Origin: Raillietiella orientalis
Lineage: Eukaryota
DNA: 64,000 nucleotides
Direction of reading: 5' to 3'
NCBI GenBank assembly: GCA_036172245.1
Contig: JAYWIR010000025.1
Location: forward strand, 682,001-746,000
Numbering within the stretch: the first letter of the stretch is position 1; each line of letters starts with the position of its first letter. The notes beneath the pieces were generated by a model that saw nothing but the letters and a program-made list of their open reading frames with translations, ran no database searches and was not told the origin of the DNA. This document shows, in pieces, positions 24,901 through 36,942 of this stretch. Made by a program: the position numbers and the translations under genes.

Positions 24901-27900
24901 TCGCCCGAGAGGCGGCGGACGAAATGCGAGAACGAGGATCCGACCCGGGAGGGACTGGAAAGACCCAGAAGAAAGTTGTCCCTCCGAGAATCGCCACTTG
25001 AGAACGGGAACGGATGCCCTCGCCCTCCGGCGCCTTGCAGCCTCTGAGAAGTGCAGCCTCCGCTAGGGTGATGGAAAAGGGAGGCGGAGAAGGGAAGCAG
25101 GGAGGAGGAAGGAGGAAGAGAGGAGGAAGGAAAGCGCATCTTTCTGCTTGCCGCTCCTCATCCCTGTCCGAACTTCCTGCCTCGAGGGATAACTTCCGAG
25201 CGTCACTTTCCGGAAGCGACTGCACTCGCCTTGGTGACAGTGGCTGCGCTTCTTTCCCTCTGTTCGCCCCCCGGATACGCTCCTCTCGTCATGGTTACCG
25301 TTTCCCTTTCTCGGTTTCATTGGAGTCCGCATGGAGCGCTTCCTTCGCCCTTCAGCTGGCTTTTCTGGGCACAGCGAGCCGGGATGACTCTTCCTGGCGG
25401 CGAGCGACGGCGGCCGAGAGCTCTTTCCGGGAAGGAGCAGCTCCAGCGGGTGGGAACGCCGCACCCTTCAGGCGATCGGACTCCATTCCGCCTGAGGGCA
25501 TCGGTCTCGCGAGGGAACGGCGGCGCACTGTCCTCCCTGAAGGCCGTAACCCTTGGCTGCCTTTGGGTTCCTCGTCGCCGAGACTCTCTGTGCCTCTGGC
25601 GACGACCGGCACCTTTCTCGATTTCTTTCTCGACCCCTGCCGATCTCGAAAACGATGGCAATGGGCGGACCGTAAGAACGGAAGGGAAGAGAACAAGGTG
25701 GAGGACGGAGTGGTCAAAGCAACGGCGCCCAGGGTCTTCTTCGCGGCGGCAGAAGTCAGGAAGAGGAGAAGAAGCGGAAGGGACCGGTTAGGGGTGGAAG
25801 GGAATCCGGCAGTGGCGGCACGGGCATCCGGGCCTTCGAAAACAGGAACGAATCCGAGGATGCGGACGCCCGAAAGAGGAAGCCCGCTTCCGGGGCGAGA
25901 TCCCAGCGTCGGACCGAAACGTTGGACGATAGCCGCCAGGACGAGGCGGTCGCTGGGGAGGGAGCCGGGTCCATCCTGGATGCTGTTTCCGCGCGATCTC
26001 TCCAGCTCCTTCCCGCGGTCCGGCGCGGCGGCGGCCGCCTCCCGGCTCCCGCGTCGAACTGACAGCATCCAGGATGGGGGAGCCGTCCCTCCGTCGCTGC
26101 AAAGCCGTCTCGACCTCCACCGTGCGCAGGGATGGAGGCGTCTCGGAGGGTCCACGGCTGCGCCCGCCGCCGCGGTTCGCAGGCGGCGGATCCCGGGTCA
26201 AGGCTCGAGAGGGCGGAAAGGCGTCACTGGCTCTTCTTACCCACAGCGCCTGGCTCCTATTTCCGAGGGACTTCGGAGAGACGTGGTGTCCCTCTTTCCG
26301 GAGAGCTTCCAGAGGTCTTCTCCTCCTCCTTTTCTCCCGGGTCCCTCAAGACCGGCTGGGAGGAGCCCGACTGGCCTACGGGTCAGAGGAAGCAGCCGAG
26401 GAAGGGCAGCGGTGTCTTTTCTTCGAGCTTGCCTCCCGGCTCGCCGCGAAGGTGACTCCGGGATGGAGAGGACAGGGAGCTCCCTCCGGCCGGCGGAGGT
26501 TCTTCCGTGAGCTTCCCTGCTTGCAGAGGGACGGGCGCCTCCCCCCCCCCCCGTTCGCTCTGCGACGGGAACCCGCGTGCGGGCTCCCCCGCCCAAGGGA
26601 GGTACGGAAGAGGACGCAGTGGAAGGAGGGGGGGAACTGACCTGGAACATCGAACTCCGGAATCACCCGGATTCCCAGGCTGCTCGCGTGGTACAGGATC
26701 CTCTTGACGTCACTAGCGTCGTAGATGTGGGACAGGGGGTGGTAGGCGCCGTAGATGCTGGAAACACAGAGGAGTAGGTGGAGTGGGGGTCCTTCAACAG
26801 GTCGAATCCTGCACGCGACGCTCCTCTTTCTCTCACCCAACCCGGAGGAGCGCAGTCTCATCCTCAGGGCATCCCTGGAGAGTCCGCGCAATCTCCGTGT
26901 GCCAGTGGGCCCACCGCGCGCGCGCGCGTGCTCCCACCCCTCTCTCTGCCCCTCCCGCCGAAGGAGGACCTCCCCTTCCTCTCGCGGCCTCCAGGAGTTC
27001 CTGGACGCCGCCCGGAGGGAGGTCCCCCCGGGCGCGCTGTGCTTATTCTCCCCTCCCCTCAGGGGAGGATCGCCCCACCTGAGGTTGGAGAAGGTGTAGC
27101 TCTTGAAGGGGAAGGCCGGGTCGTCGGTCAGGTGCCAGTGGAACGCATTCATCTTGTGGTGCGCCATCAGGTTCAGCTGCTGTAGGATGTCCCGAACCGG
27201 GATGAAGTGCCGCGAGGTGTCCAGCAGGATCCCCCGGTGGGGGAAGCGCGGTGAGTCCTGGATTAGCACGGACTCGACGCAGTACTGGGGAACGGGGAGA
27301 GACAGAATGGTGAGGCTGGGGAGGAGGGGAAGGACCACCCTTACCCCCCCTTCCCGTCCCTGTAGTGTCTCTCCCTCCCTCCTTCCACTGCCGGAGAGTC
27401 GGCTGGGCTGCCCGGGAGACGGGGGAGCAGGGGCGTCCCTAGGAACCTCAGTCCACGCCCCGATCGGCGGCTGATGCGCCCCTGGAGGCAGTGGTGGCGT
27501 TCCGCCTCCAGAGGATGGCAGCAGGGAGGAGGAGGCGAACCCCCGGAGGAAGACCCTTGCGTAGCTCCTGGAAACGGGACCGATAGAGCAGAGGAGGAGC
27601 GCGAGGAGAGGGCAAGGAAAGGGAAGGCACGCGCTCCCTCAGGGAACTGCCGAGCCGAACGCTTTCGCTCCTCGCATAGAGCGGGGGCTCCTTTCGCCCT
27701 CCTTGTCCTCTTCCCGTCAGGGACAAGAGACGGGAGGCGGTTTGCTTCCCGAAAGGGAAGGAGTCTCCACGGTGAAGCTTCGAGGTGAAAGAGAGTCGAT
27801 ACAATGCGCTGAGCCCTTCCCTCCTCCCTCCGCAAGGACCAACGGCGTCGTCGTCGAGGGGGGGCATTCGCGCCGTGCCAGGGTGGCGACGTCTCGCGGA

Positions 27901-30900
27901 GAGAGGACGGGGGACCGCAGGGAACATCCCCTTCCAGCACGACAGCAACGTTCTCTGGGGCGCTGAGGAAAGACCGCGAACGGAAGGGAGCGGTTCCCCG
28001 TTGCCAGCGCCGTCGGGGGAACCTCAGCCGGCAGCCGAAGCCACGGGTATCGCGGGCCGTTCCCATCCGCTCCCCCCTTCTCATCCCTTTTACCGGAAGT
28101 CCTGGATAGAAGAAGAATTTCCGGCCTGGCCCTTCATCCGTGGTGACGAAACCGGAAGTCGCCAGTAGTACCCTCTCAGGAAGAAGCCTGTTGCCGGGAA
28201 GGGGCGCGGTCGCTCCTGCCCTCTCGTCCCTTCCGGAGAGGCCAGCTCGCGGCGAACCGCAGGTCCCCGCAAAAGTGGATGCCCGCTCCCTCCCACACAC
28301 GAGGAACGGATGGCCTTCGACGGAGGGTCTGGGTCGGTGGGCAGGAGACTTCGGTCCTGCTGCCTTCCCAAGAGCACCGGCCGGAAACCAATCCTTCCTT
28401 CCTTTCCCTCAAGGGTGGATCCGGAGGGCGACTCACCGTGTACCCCGATTCCCTGTCGTAGTGGACGAGCTGCGTGAACGTCTCCAGCCCTCGCAGGATC
28501 CCCCAGATGGACGCGGCGAACAGACATCCCTGCCCCGGGAAGCTGTCCGTGTTGATCTGTATCTCATCTGGAACACACGAGCACCGCCCGTGAGAGCGGA
28601 AAGGGGAGAAAGGTTGGTAGCTCCCGGAGGAGGAGGATGCTGGGAGGAGCGCGTCTGTGGACTTGCTCGATACGGCCGAGGTATCTCACCTCGGGCAAGA
28701 GGGAGTAATCATCGGCTCTTCCCCCCCCCCCCCCATTCTAGAGCAGGCCTGTGCGAAAGGTCTCTAGCAGCCGCAACCAATGGTGAAGAACCGCTGCAGC
28801 GCGCGCGAGCCGAACAGCAGCAGCAGAAGAAGAAGAATCGCGCGGGCGTGGTCGCTCTCCCACCAGCTTCTGCTCGGAGTTGCTGTGACGGTGGCGCGCG
28901 CGCACAAGAGGTTCTCCTCCTCGTGGCCCGTGCGTGTGCGCCGGCGCGCGCTTCGAGGGTGCGCTCTGTTCCGTGCAGCCGGGACGCTCCTCGCGCGGGG
29001 GAAGAGGCGCTGCTGCGAAGGTCGGCAATCCCGTGGGCTCGCCGGTGTCCCTTTGCGACTACGATCGGCAACCTCTCCAGTCGAGAGAAGAGAAAGGGGG
29101 GTGGGGGTGGGGGGAAGAAAAGAGGCTTTGTGAGGAGGAGGTGGGATGTAGGATCGCAGACGCATGGTGCGATACTCGATGGTCGATTGGCCGTTCGCTG
29201 CTGCCGGTGGAGTGTGCACCCCTCGACACTTGGAAGGCGCGAAGGAGAAGAACCTCCGCGCCACCCATCGTCCATACTGGCCGTGGCCGATCCCTCTTCG
29301 TGGGCTTGAATCCTCACAACGATGAGACGTACCGGACCCACTAATCCCCATCAAGATCCGAGAGATGCCAGCGTGCACCGAGTCCTCACGTTGACCCGCA
29401 ACTCCCGGCGCGAGCGACCCACCAAGCGTGCGCCGTGGAAGAAGCCTCTCCCGGCAATGCCCCAGCAGTCGGAACCTCCCTTCATGATCAACACCGAAGG
29501 CTGCTGCTCACCCTTTAAAGTTCACGGGTGTCCCGCTACGTGAACCGACGGCAGATCACGCGTGAAGACGATTCGCCCACGGCCAAGGAGATCTGGTAAC
29601 GTGTTGAACCTGAGACACACACGTTTCCGTTTCCATGCTGGTGAATCGACCGATCCACGGATCCCTCAACAGTTCGTCTTTTTCTTTCTTTTTTAAACGG
29701 GACGTTCTCCATGAACGGTTCCTCCATCTCCACGCAGATTAGAAAAAAAAAGAAAAATTTCCGCGCAGCTTCCACACGAAACTGCTTCTGAGGGTGAAAT
29801 CCGTTCCGACAGGAACACCAGCCTCTTCTTGCTCGTTCAAGAAGTCGTCAAACGGCTCTTCCTTCCTCCCCTCCCCCATTCCCTTGCGACATTCAAATAA
29901 AATCGCCTCAGAAGGCATCACTCAAGACGAGCACTTGCTGAATGAGCAACGGCTCACAGTTCCCCGAAGCGATCCCGTGACACGGCAACGACAGCGATCG
30001 CGTATCTGCCTCCGGGACACGTGGTGCAGAACCTACACGTTCGAGCTAGGTGACGCGCATTTGTATTTGCCGATTACCACACACACTGCATTGCGAAACA
30101 TGTAAAGTGTCTCAAGGCAGTGAGTTCCAGCAGAGATACCCGCAGAGTAATGGCAGGGAGTTCCGAAGTCGAGTCCCTCAAGCGTAAGGAAGCAAAGAAG
30201 AAGCATCTGGTAGAATTCCATCTCGTGCGTTGATGACACAACCAGAAGCCTCGGAAGCGAAGACTCGAACGATCGCTCTCGTTGATCTCGTTTTCTTTCC
30301 GCTTTGCGACCCGCTTTACGCCCTTCTTTGATACGAGCTCGACGTGGCGTCCGGATGACTGGAACTCTCGCGCCCTTCATCAAAGGATTGAAAGGCACCG
30401 GAAATTCTGCTGAAATTCTCCCCGCGCCCCAGATTCCAATGCCGGCACAAATCGCTTCCCGACCCTTCGAATTCGTTTCCTGGAAGTCCCGTGTGCGTGA
30501 TACGTCCCCCTCGCGTCACGTGCTGTTCCACTCTCTGACGTCAGGTGCTTAAAGAGACCCCGGTGCTCATTTTTCTTTCCGAACTCTTGTTATTCTTCCC
30601 GACGTGCTTCCAGAAAAGCGCTAATGGAGATGTCCTCCCATTTCCTTGTTCCACCGCATCCCGAGTGGAATCCCCGTGTGACTTTCTGCATGCTGCTCTC
30701 TCTGCTCGGCATCGTCTGCGTCGTTCGGGTGTTTTCAGGGAGCGGTGCGCTCACCTTCCTCTGGTTTGGGGGCTACTGCGAGTTTGTGGAAACAGGAAAA
30801 GAGGAAGGAGGAATACTCAGAACGTCCCCCCCCCCTTCCCGCTTTTTCCTCCCTCTTGACAAGACGCGGGTGAATTCTGTACACGAGCGGGAACGGATCG

Positions 30901-33430
30901 CTGGGAGACGGAGCTTCTCTGACACCCTTTGTCTCCGGTTTTCAATTGCTCAGAGAGCAGCAGCCCTGGAGCTTTCCTGCAAAGAAGCACCTCTCTCGGA
31001 CGCTTCACCAGTTCATCCAGGGCCTACCCTGACACGATGAAGGCCCTGGATGCGAAGGTCGCCGGTGGTTCCGGATGAGCAATCGAAGGTACCTGAAGGT
31101 GGGTGAAGACTTTGCAACGGACAGAAGTATTTTCGACCCTCTTCCGCGATTTTCGGTTAGCACGATAATCACATCGGGCAGCACCAGGTCAGCAACCTCC
31201 CCCAGCTCGTAAACCCTCAGGATCTCTCGCCATCCAGACTTGTCTTGTGCTGCTTGCTGAATTTCGTCGAGCCTCTCCTGGTCCATCACATTTCCACGAA
31301 GTGAGGGGAACCAGGGAAGAGCTTTATTGCACCTTTGCGTCCCGCCTTTGCTTCGTGAACAGCTGCCCTGCTGCTCTCGATCGGAGGCGACCGCAGTTTC
31401 CCGCTAATGAAGCGATGGGAATTTGCCGAAGAGTCCGCTGCCTCCGCAACACGTTTCCATTCGTGCCAGGGGATTCACTTTCGCGCCAAGATGAAAGCAA
31501 AGGAACACGGAAAGAGGACAGTTGGGTTCCTAGGGGCTCGGTAAGAAGGCCAGACATCCCAGATTCGGCGTCTACTTGCGGGTGATGAGTAAAATCTTTG
31601 ATCCATGCATGAAGCAAGTCAGAATTTCCCTGCTGAAATTTCCAGGTTTCCCTGGAATCCAAGAAGAAGGAGAAAGTCACTGTGGACTGCAATCCGAAAA
31701 CGGTGGTTCCTGGGATAAGCCCCCCCCCCCCCCCAACCAAAAAAAAAGTAAAATAAAAATAAAGAAAGGAAGAAAGAAACTCGCCATTTTATGTGTATGT
31801 GTGTGCGCGAGCGTTTTTTGTTCTTGCAGACTTCCTGATTCCAAGAAGCCACACACGATGCGGCCTCAACGATCTTCATGAAGCGAACGAGAAATTCCGT
31901 GGGATCGAGGAAAGCAGTCTGGAATGGAGAGGGAGAGAACGAAGGGATCTTTCTAAGGTAAGGTGGAACTTGCCTCAAGCCACGGAAAAGTGCGATTTTC
32001 AAAAAAAAGAAAAAGGAAAACAAAAAAAGCGCCTCTTTCTTCCCCCTCCGAAGCGGAATAAGCAGGAGACGATAAAAACAGGCAGAGAAACGAGCTCGCT
32101 GCAGGACAGATCCCGCATCTGTTGTCGCTGCTGACGACCTCACCAGATGGAAAGCGAACTCGAACCGCGCGCAGGCAAAGAGAGAAAAACTGATGAAAAG
32201 GCCGGTGATGCTATCACCAAGCATTCATGACTGAGATGCCTGCTTCGCAAGATAAAGATGGGCGAACCGCAGCTAACGAACTAAAAGGAGAGACAGAGTA
32301 CTCGCCCGGTTTCACGAGATAACGCCCCCAGTCGCACCAGGGAGTCCAGACCTTAACGCACGCCTTGCTCGTGGCACTTGAAGGAATCCGCGCTTTCGTT
32401 TTCCTTGTTAACGTCCCGCTCGTCTGGTAGAGGGAAGGCAGACATCAGCAACCACCGGTTATCCTGGTCAAAGCACTCATCAGAAATTATCTCGCATCGA
32501 AAGACAATCTTGGAGTGACTCGGATGAAAAAGAGGTTCCTGCGCGGAGCCGAATGGGCCTGATTTATGGTTTCTGTTACGTAATCTTACGACTCCTTTTT
32601 GTCCGGCCGATCCTGACCGTTTCCAAGGCTTTGATTTAGCACCCGTGAAATTACACATTCGCCTCATTCGGGAGAGATGCCAAACGGCAAGAGCAGCACC
32701 GAAATTATTGCCTTTCGATTCTCGGGAAAGGGAGCGTTGCCGGCAAGCAGCAGCATTCCCCTTCATTTCCATATGACATGGAAGTGTCCGTGACATTCCA
32801 CATCTTCGACGGGTATCGTTTGACTTGATTGCATATCCGTCCTAAAGATTACCATGCCAGAAGTTTCGAGAACGCGGGAGTAATTAATGGGTTAACTTGC
32901 GCTCGAAGTATACGTTTTCGGAAAGCAGCTCTCATTAGACCGTTCCACTGCCTCGGTTTGGTTACGTTCCCTAATCAGCTCAAGAGAATCTTTGCTGTGT
33001 CCTACGCACAGCAAAGATGGTAATGATAATGATACTTACAGTTCTCGTCCATGGCATCGTGGGGTATTTTTTCACAAGGAGTTTCCAGGTGCACCTGCAG
33101 CTCTTCGAGAAATTTAAAGGACTCATCCTGTCCATTCCTTCGGAGAAGACTTCTGTATGCACCGAGGAACCTTTCCTGGTATCTCTGGTCCTTGAACAGC
33201 AGCTCGTAATGCCTTCTGAAAGCGTCTTCCAGCAGGGAGCAGAACTTCCCTGTGGCCCGGAAACGAAATTCATAAGGTTTTATCGCTAGCACCGTTTTTG
33301 AAACTTTTGAGAAATGCTTCGGTAAGGGCCACAAAGCCACGGTGGACTTAGATGCTGCTTTCTTTCCGGAAGCGGAACAGCAGCAGCTTAAGCACGACAA
33401 GACCGGTAACCAAATCCAAAGCAGCTTCAT
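18956..33430 (-). CDS. HEXB: Beta-hexosaminidase (GH20, HEXA/HEXB-like). 7 exons: 33430-33040, 28567-28437, 27284-27079, 26757-26642, 24622-24418, 24166-23944, 19312-18956
   Basis: Signal peptide [67 protein letters not shown], catalytic [48 protein letters not shown]. All splice junctions are GT-AG and phase-compatible. HEXA vs HEXB orthology cannot be resolved. Confidence 0.95.
19500..19760 (-). other. Putative nucleoprotein EVE fragment in hexosaminidase intron 6
   Basis: NPYCG...[12 protein letters not shown] vs bornavirus N FPFLG...APRSFPNLASAAFYW. Confidence 0.3.
20507..20875 (-). other. Putative nucleoprotein EVE fragment in hexosaminidase intron 6
   Basis: [26 protein letters not shown] vs henipavirus N ISDIGNYVEETGMAGFFATIRFG. 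Confidence 0.4.
31005..31330 (-). other. Putative nucleoprotein EVE fragment in hexosaminidase intron 1
   Basis: LPWFPSL..VMDQERL...[15 protein letters not shown]...TFRYLRLL vs bornavirus N QPWVGS..FMDQIKL...EYLAECMDATLTIPVV...LFPFLGAI. Confidence 0.45.
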
Positions 33431-34929
33431 GTTCCAGCCGGCTTGCTTAACGATGCACTTTCCGTGTTTGTAAAACGGGATACAGTGGATTTCTCAGATA
33501 GCTTATATTCCTCCCTTCACGTGCGCAGGCGCCGCTCATTGACATTAAAACAGGCTGTGGTTGCCGCGGGAAGTACGTCAGTTCTTGTAAAAACAGTATA
33601 CAGCAGCAATTCCATCTGTAAGAAGGAATTCACGAAAATGGATTTAGATAAAATATTACTGGTGACAGATGTGCGGACAGGTTCCTAGATGCACGTGGAT
33701 ACTGGAGGCAGAAAAGTGCTTTATAAACGGGGATTATTTGTGTGTCGTGCCTATCCCACAAACGATCTTGTACGGTCCTCCTGCAAGCTTGTCCGTGTAG
33801 GGGAAAGAAAAAAAAAAAACATTCCAGCGCATGTCTTTGAAAGATCTTTCACTCAAGCGCGGCAAGAACCCTCCGCGCAACCCCATTCTGCCAAGCGAGA
33901 GTCTTTTTCTGCACAGGCCTCCTGTCTTCGACAGCATTCACGTCAAAGATTAAACAAACAGCTTCCGAGCGAGAACGTCGTCCTTCGATCGCATTCCCGG
34001 GAAGATTCTGATGTCTCCATGCTCCGGGCCCGCGCAAAGGGAGGAGCACTTCAGGCATTTTCCTTCCCAAGCCAGTGGAGCGGATGTGAAGTGCTTCTCT
34101 CTTTGTGCGGGTCCGGAAACAACCCGGATTCGCTTCCACTTGGCTCCTGCACCGGCCAGCCCTCGGTCGGGGCTTTCCTTTGGGCGTGACACGCAATCGA
34201 CAGCGTGAGAAGAGTCCAAAGGCAAAACTATCGCGCTGACCAACTCTGCTAAGCAACGGCCAGACCGGCGAATGCGTGAATATCTGGAAGCGCTTTTGAA
34301 CGTTCCTTTTCCGACTAGCCTAAGTTGAGGAGTCTCGCTACCCGCATTCCTCGTTTGCTTCCCCTTTCCTTCGAGGAACTTGTCTTTAAAACAAAACAAA
34401 ACAAAAAAAAAAATTTTTCCCCCCTGGGTCCTTCCTACGTGATGTGGGGAGATGGTGCTTGGACATTCTGCCGAAAGAAGCGCAGCCGAACTGCACGGCC
34501 GAACCGGTTCAGATACGCGTGAATGAGTCCTGCTGCATGTTCCTCGTCAGCCAGCTTTTATTTAAGAGTTGGCCGTCTTCTTGTTCCCAGTCCAGAGTTT
34601 TGGGAGCTCAGAATCCGGGATTTTATTTGCATCCAATTCTGGTTTCCAGGAAGCCAGTTGTGTCTTTATTTTCTGGTTCAAAAATACTTCGGCTAAGAGT
34701 TCCCAAGTTTCATATTTTTATTTTTTTTTTTAGAAGGCTTCTTCAGCAAAGAGAGAACCAAAACAAATTGTGCTTCTTTGTGTTGTTGCGCTTCTGTGCA
34801 AACAAACAAGGAAATACAAATCAGGTATCTTCCGATTGTTCTCCGTTTTCCTTTCTCATGGAAGACAAAACAAACGCTCGGGGAACAACAGACATGAGGT
34901 TCATGGTTTCCATCTGCTGCCGCAATCCA

Positions 34930-36277
34930 TCATTGGATATTTCCTCCAGCCGATGCTTTTCGTTCTGCAGCCTCCAGATTTTCTTTATATTCTGTAAGAA
35001 TTTCAGGAAAAAAGTCTGTCCTCCGCTTCCATTAGCATACCTTTAAATATCCTTAGACCCTTTGGATGGATGTCTTCCGCCCTTTCGAGCCAATGCTTTG
35101 CCTCGTGGAATTTATCGAGAAGGGTGAAGGCCTTGCACTTGTACAGCATACCTTTCAGATTATTTTCGTCCAGTTGCAGAGCACAGTCACAGTCTTTGAG
35201 GGTCTTTTCATACTCATGAAGCTTGATGTACACCAGCGCTCTGTTGAGGTACAGAACAGTGCTATCTTTTCGATGCTCAATGGCCTGGAAAAAAGCATCG
35301 CAAGCAGAAAGTCAGCAAACGGTAGCAATCCAGATTTTGTCAGAGCCTGAAAAAAGTGCTGACTTGAGATTTCAAATCTTTAGGGTCACTTCGAAAGGGA
35401 ACTCAGATCACTCTGCATTTATTAACAACCGTGGATGATCGTCAGTGTATGTGTGGCAAAAAATAGTCATAAAGCAAAGACTCTGTGGAAACGTGCACAT
35501 GAATCAGATGCCTAGTGTTTTTTTTTCTCTAGGATCGGTAATTCTACATTATTTTCTTGAAATTCAAATTCCATCCAATCAAGGGAGCACGTGCGATGCA
35601 GTGGCACTCTCTTCCGAGGAACCTGCTGTCGCTGTGAGCAGCGGGACACCGGCGTAGCCAAATCGAGTTTTAAGATTAATCTTCATCAGAAACTGAGCCA
35701 GAGATCGGAAAATCAAAACCAAGAAGAAAACATCTTTTCCTTCTACTGCAATAGAGCAGTCATACCTCGCCTTGTTCTGTATTCAGTCCTTCCCTAATTC
35801 TACTTTATTACTTAAATTGCAACATGTTGGATATGTGCTTAGTGAACTCCTTCAGTTCATAAACAGAGCATGGGTTACTCACAGAGCAATAGTAGTCCAA
35901 GGCTTCCTCCAGCCTCCCTTCACGATAGGCCTGATTGCCCTTCTTTTTGAATTTCTCGGCGATGGAATGGCTTTCCCGTCTGCGAGCGCTTCTCTCCTCA
36001 GCATCCCGTTGCATCATGCTCATAAACATGTCTGCAGAAAGGATCCAAGAACGAGCGTTTCTAGAAAATGGCAAACCACAGCGATCACCTCTGGAGGCAA
36101 GATCAGGATCATCTGGCTTCTCGCTTCGATTGATGACAGTTCGATTGGTGGCAACACGCAGCAGATCCTCGTCTTGCAGTGAAGCCTTCCCTTCTCGCTC
36201 TACCATTTCTTTCGCTTCCATGAGTGATTCCTCGACTTGGGTTCTGTCATTGGAATTCATTTTTCTCAGGAGACTGT
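34930..36277 (-). CDS. TTC12: TTC12-like TPR protein, short form. Exons 36277-36089, 36031-35883, 35284-35041, 34991-34930; start exon uncertain
   Basis: SLLRKMNSND, NRTVIN, FMSMMQRDAEERSARRRE..AEKFKKKGNQAY, VLYLNRALVYIKLHEYEKTLKDCDCAL match the TTC12 N-terminal/TPR region. Stop TGA 34930-34932. Confidence 0.8.
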
Positions 36278-36899
36278 CTGGAGAGGAAAGTAGGATGCAT
36301 CGCCATTACGAATGCAATTCGCCATCCCGATCCTTGAATACAAATGCACCGATGCACGTTTTGAGCATGCTCGAGTAACTCCATCCTGGGGTTCGAGTCG
36401 AGAAAATCGAGTGGATGAGCATTTGGAGTCACTGACCAAGCCATTGTTCAACATGAAACCTGAATGGGGACGATACGCGAACGAAACCGGACCCTGGGGT
36501 CTCCGCAGACGCGCCGAAACTCGGTTCCACTTCGTTCGTTGAAACAACGCTTCCCAGCGATGTTGAAGATAACTTTTGAAATGTTCAAAAAATCCGGGGA
36601 CACGAGGAGGGTTTTCTCCTCTTCCTGCATGAGGAGCCAAGCCCTTTCTGAACGAGCAGACCCTCCAGAAGAACCATTCTAGCCACCCCCGGATCATCGG
36701 GCTGCAGAGGTCAAAGGGAAGCTTCTTTGAACATATCACTTGATTCTTTCGAATAATGACAACTGAAGCATCCTCTAGAGAGAGGAGGAGATTCTTCTCA
36801 AACACATGGCGGAAATGGGTGACGTTCGATAACCGGAATGACGAGAACATGGCAAAGAGTTCAGTGAAGGACAGTAAAAACACAAATAGCGAGCACTCT

Positions 36900-36942
36900 A
36901 TCGCTTCGCGGCCTTTTGGCTAAGATCAAAGTGTAGTCTCTG
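36900..36942 (+). pseudogene. U2: 5'-only fragment of U2 snRNA
   Basis: ATCGCTTCGCGGCCTTTTGGCTAAGATCAAAGTGTAGTCTCTG matches the first 43 nt of metazoan U2 with 2 mismatches, including the branch-point recognition sequence GTGTAGT, then diverges. No Sm site or 3' stems. Confidence 0.85.

Noticed and set aside
25014..29309. Long plus-strand ORFs (498 aa at 25014..26510, 389 aa at 28140..29309) and similar overlapping ORFs
   Set aside because: Arg/Gly/Pro/Ala-rich with no recognisable domain. They are expected from stop-codon scarcity in very GC-rich DNA and lie antisense within the hexosaminidase gene.
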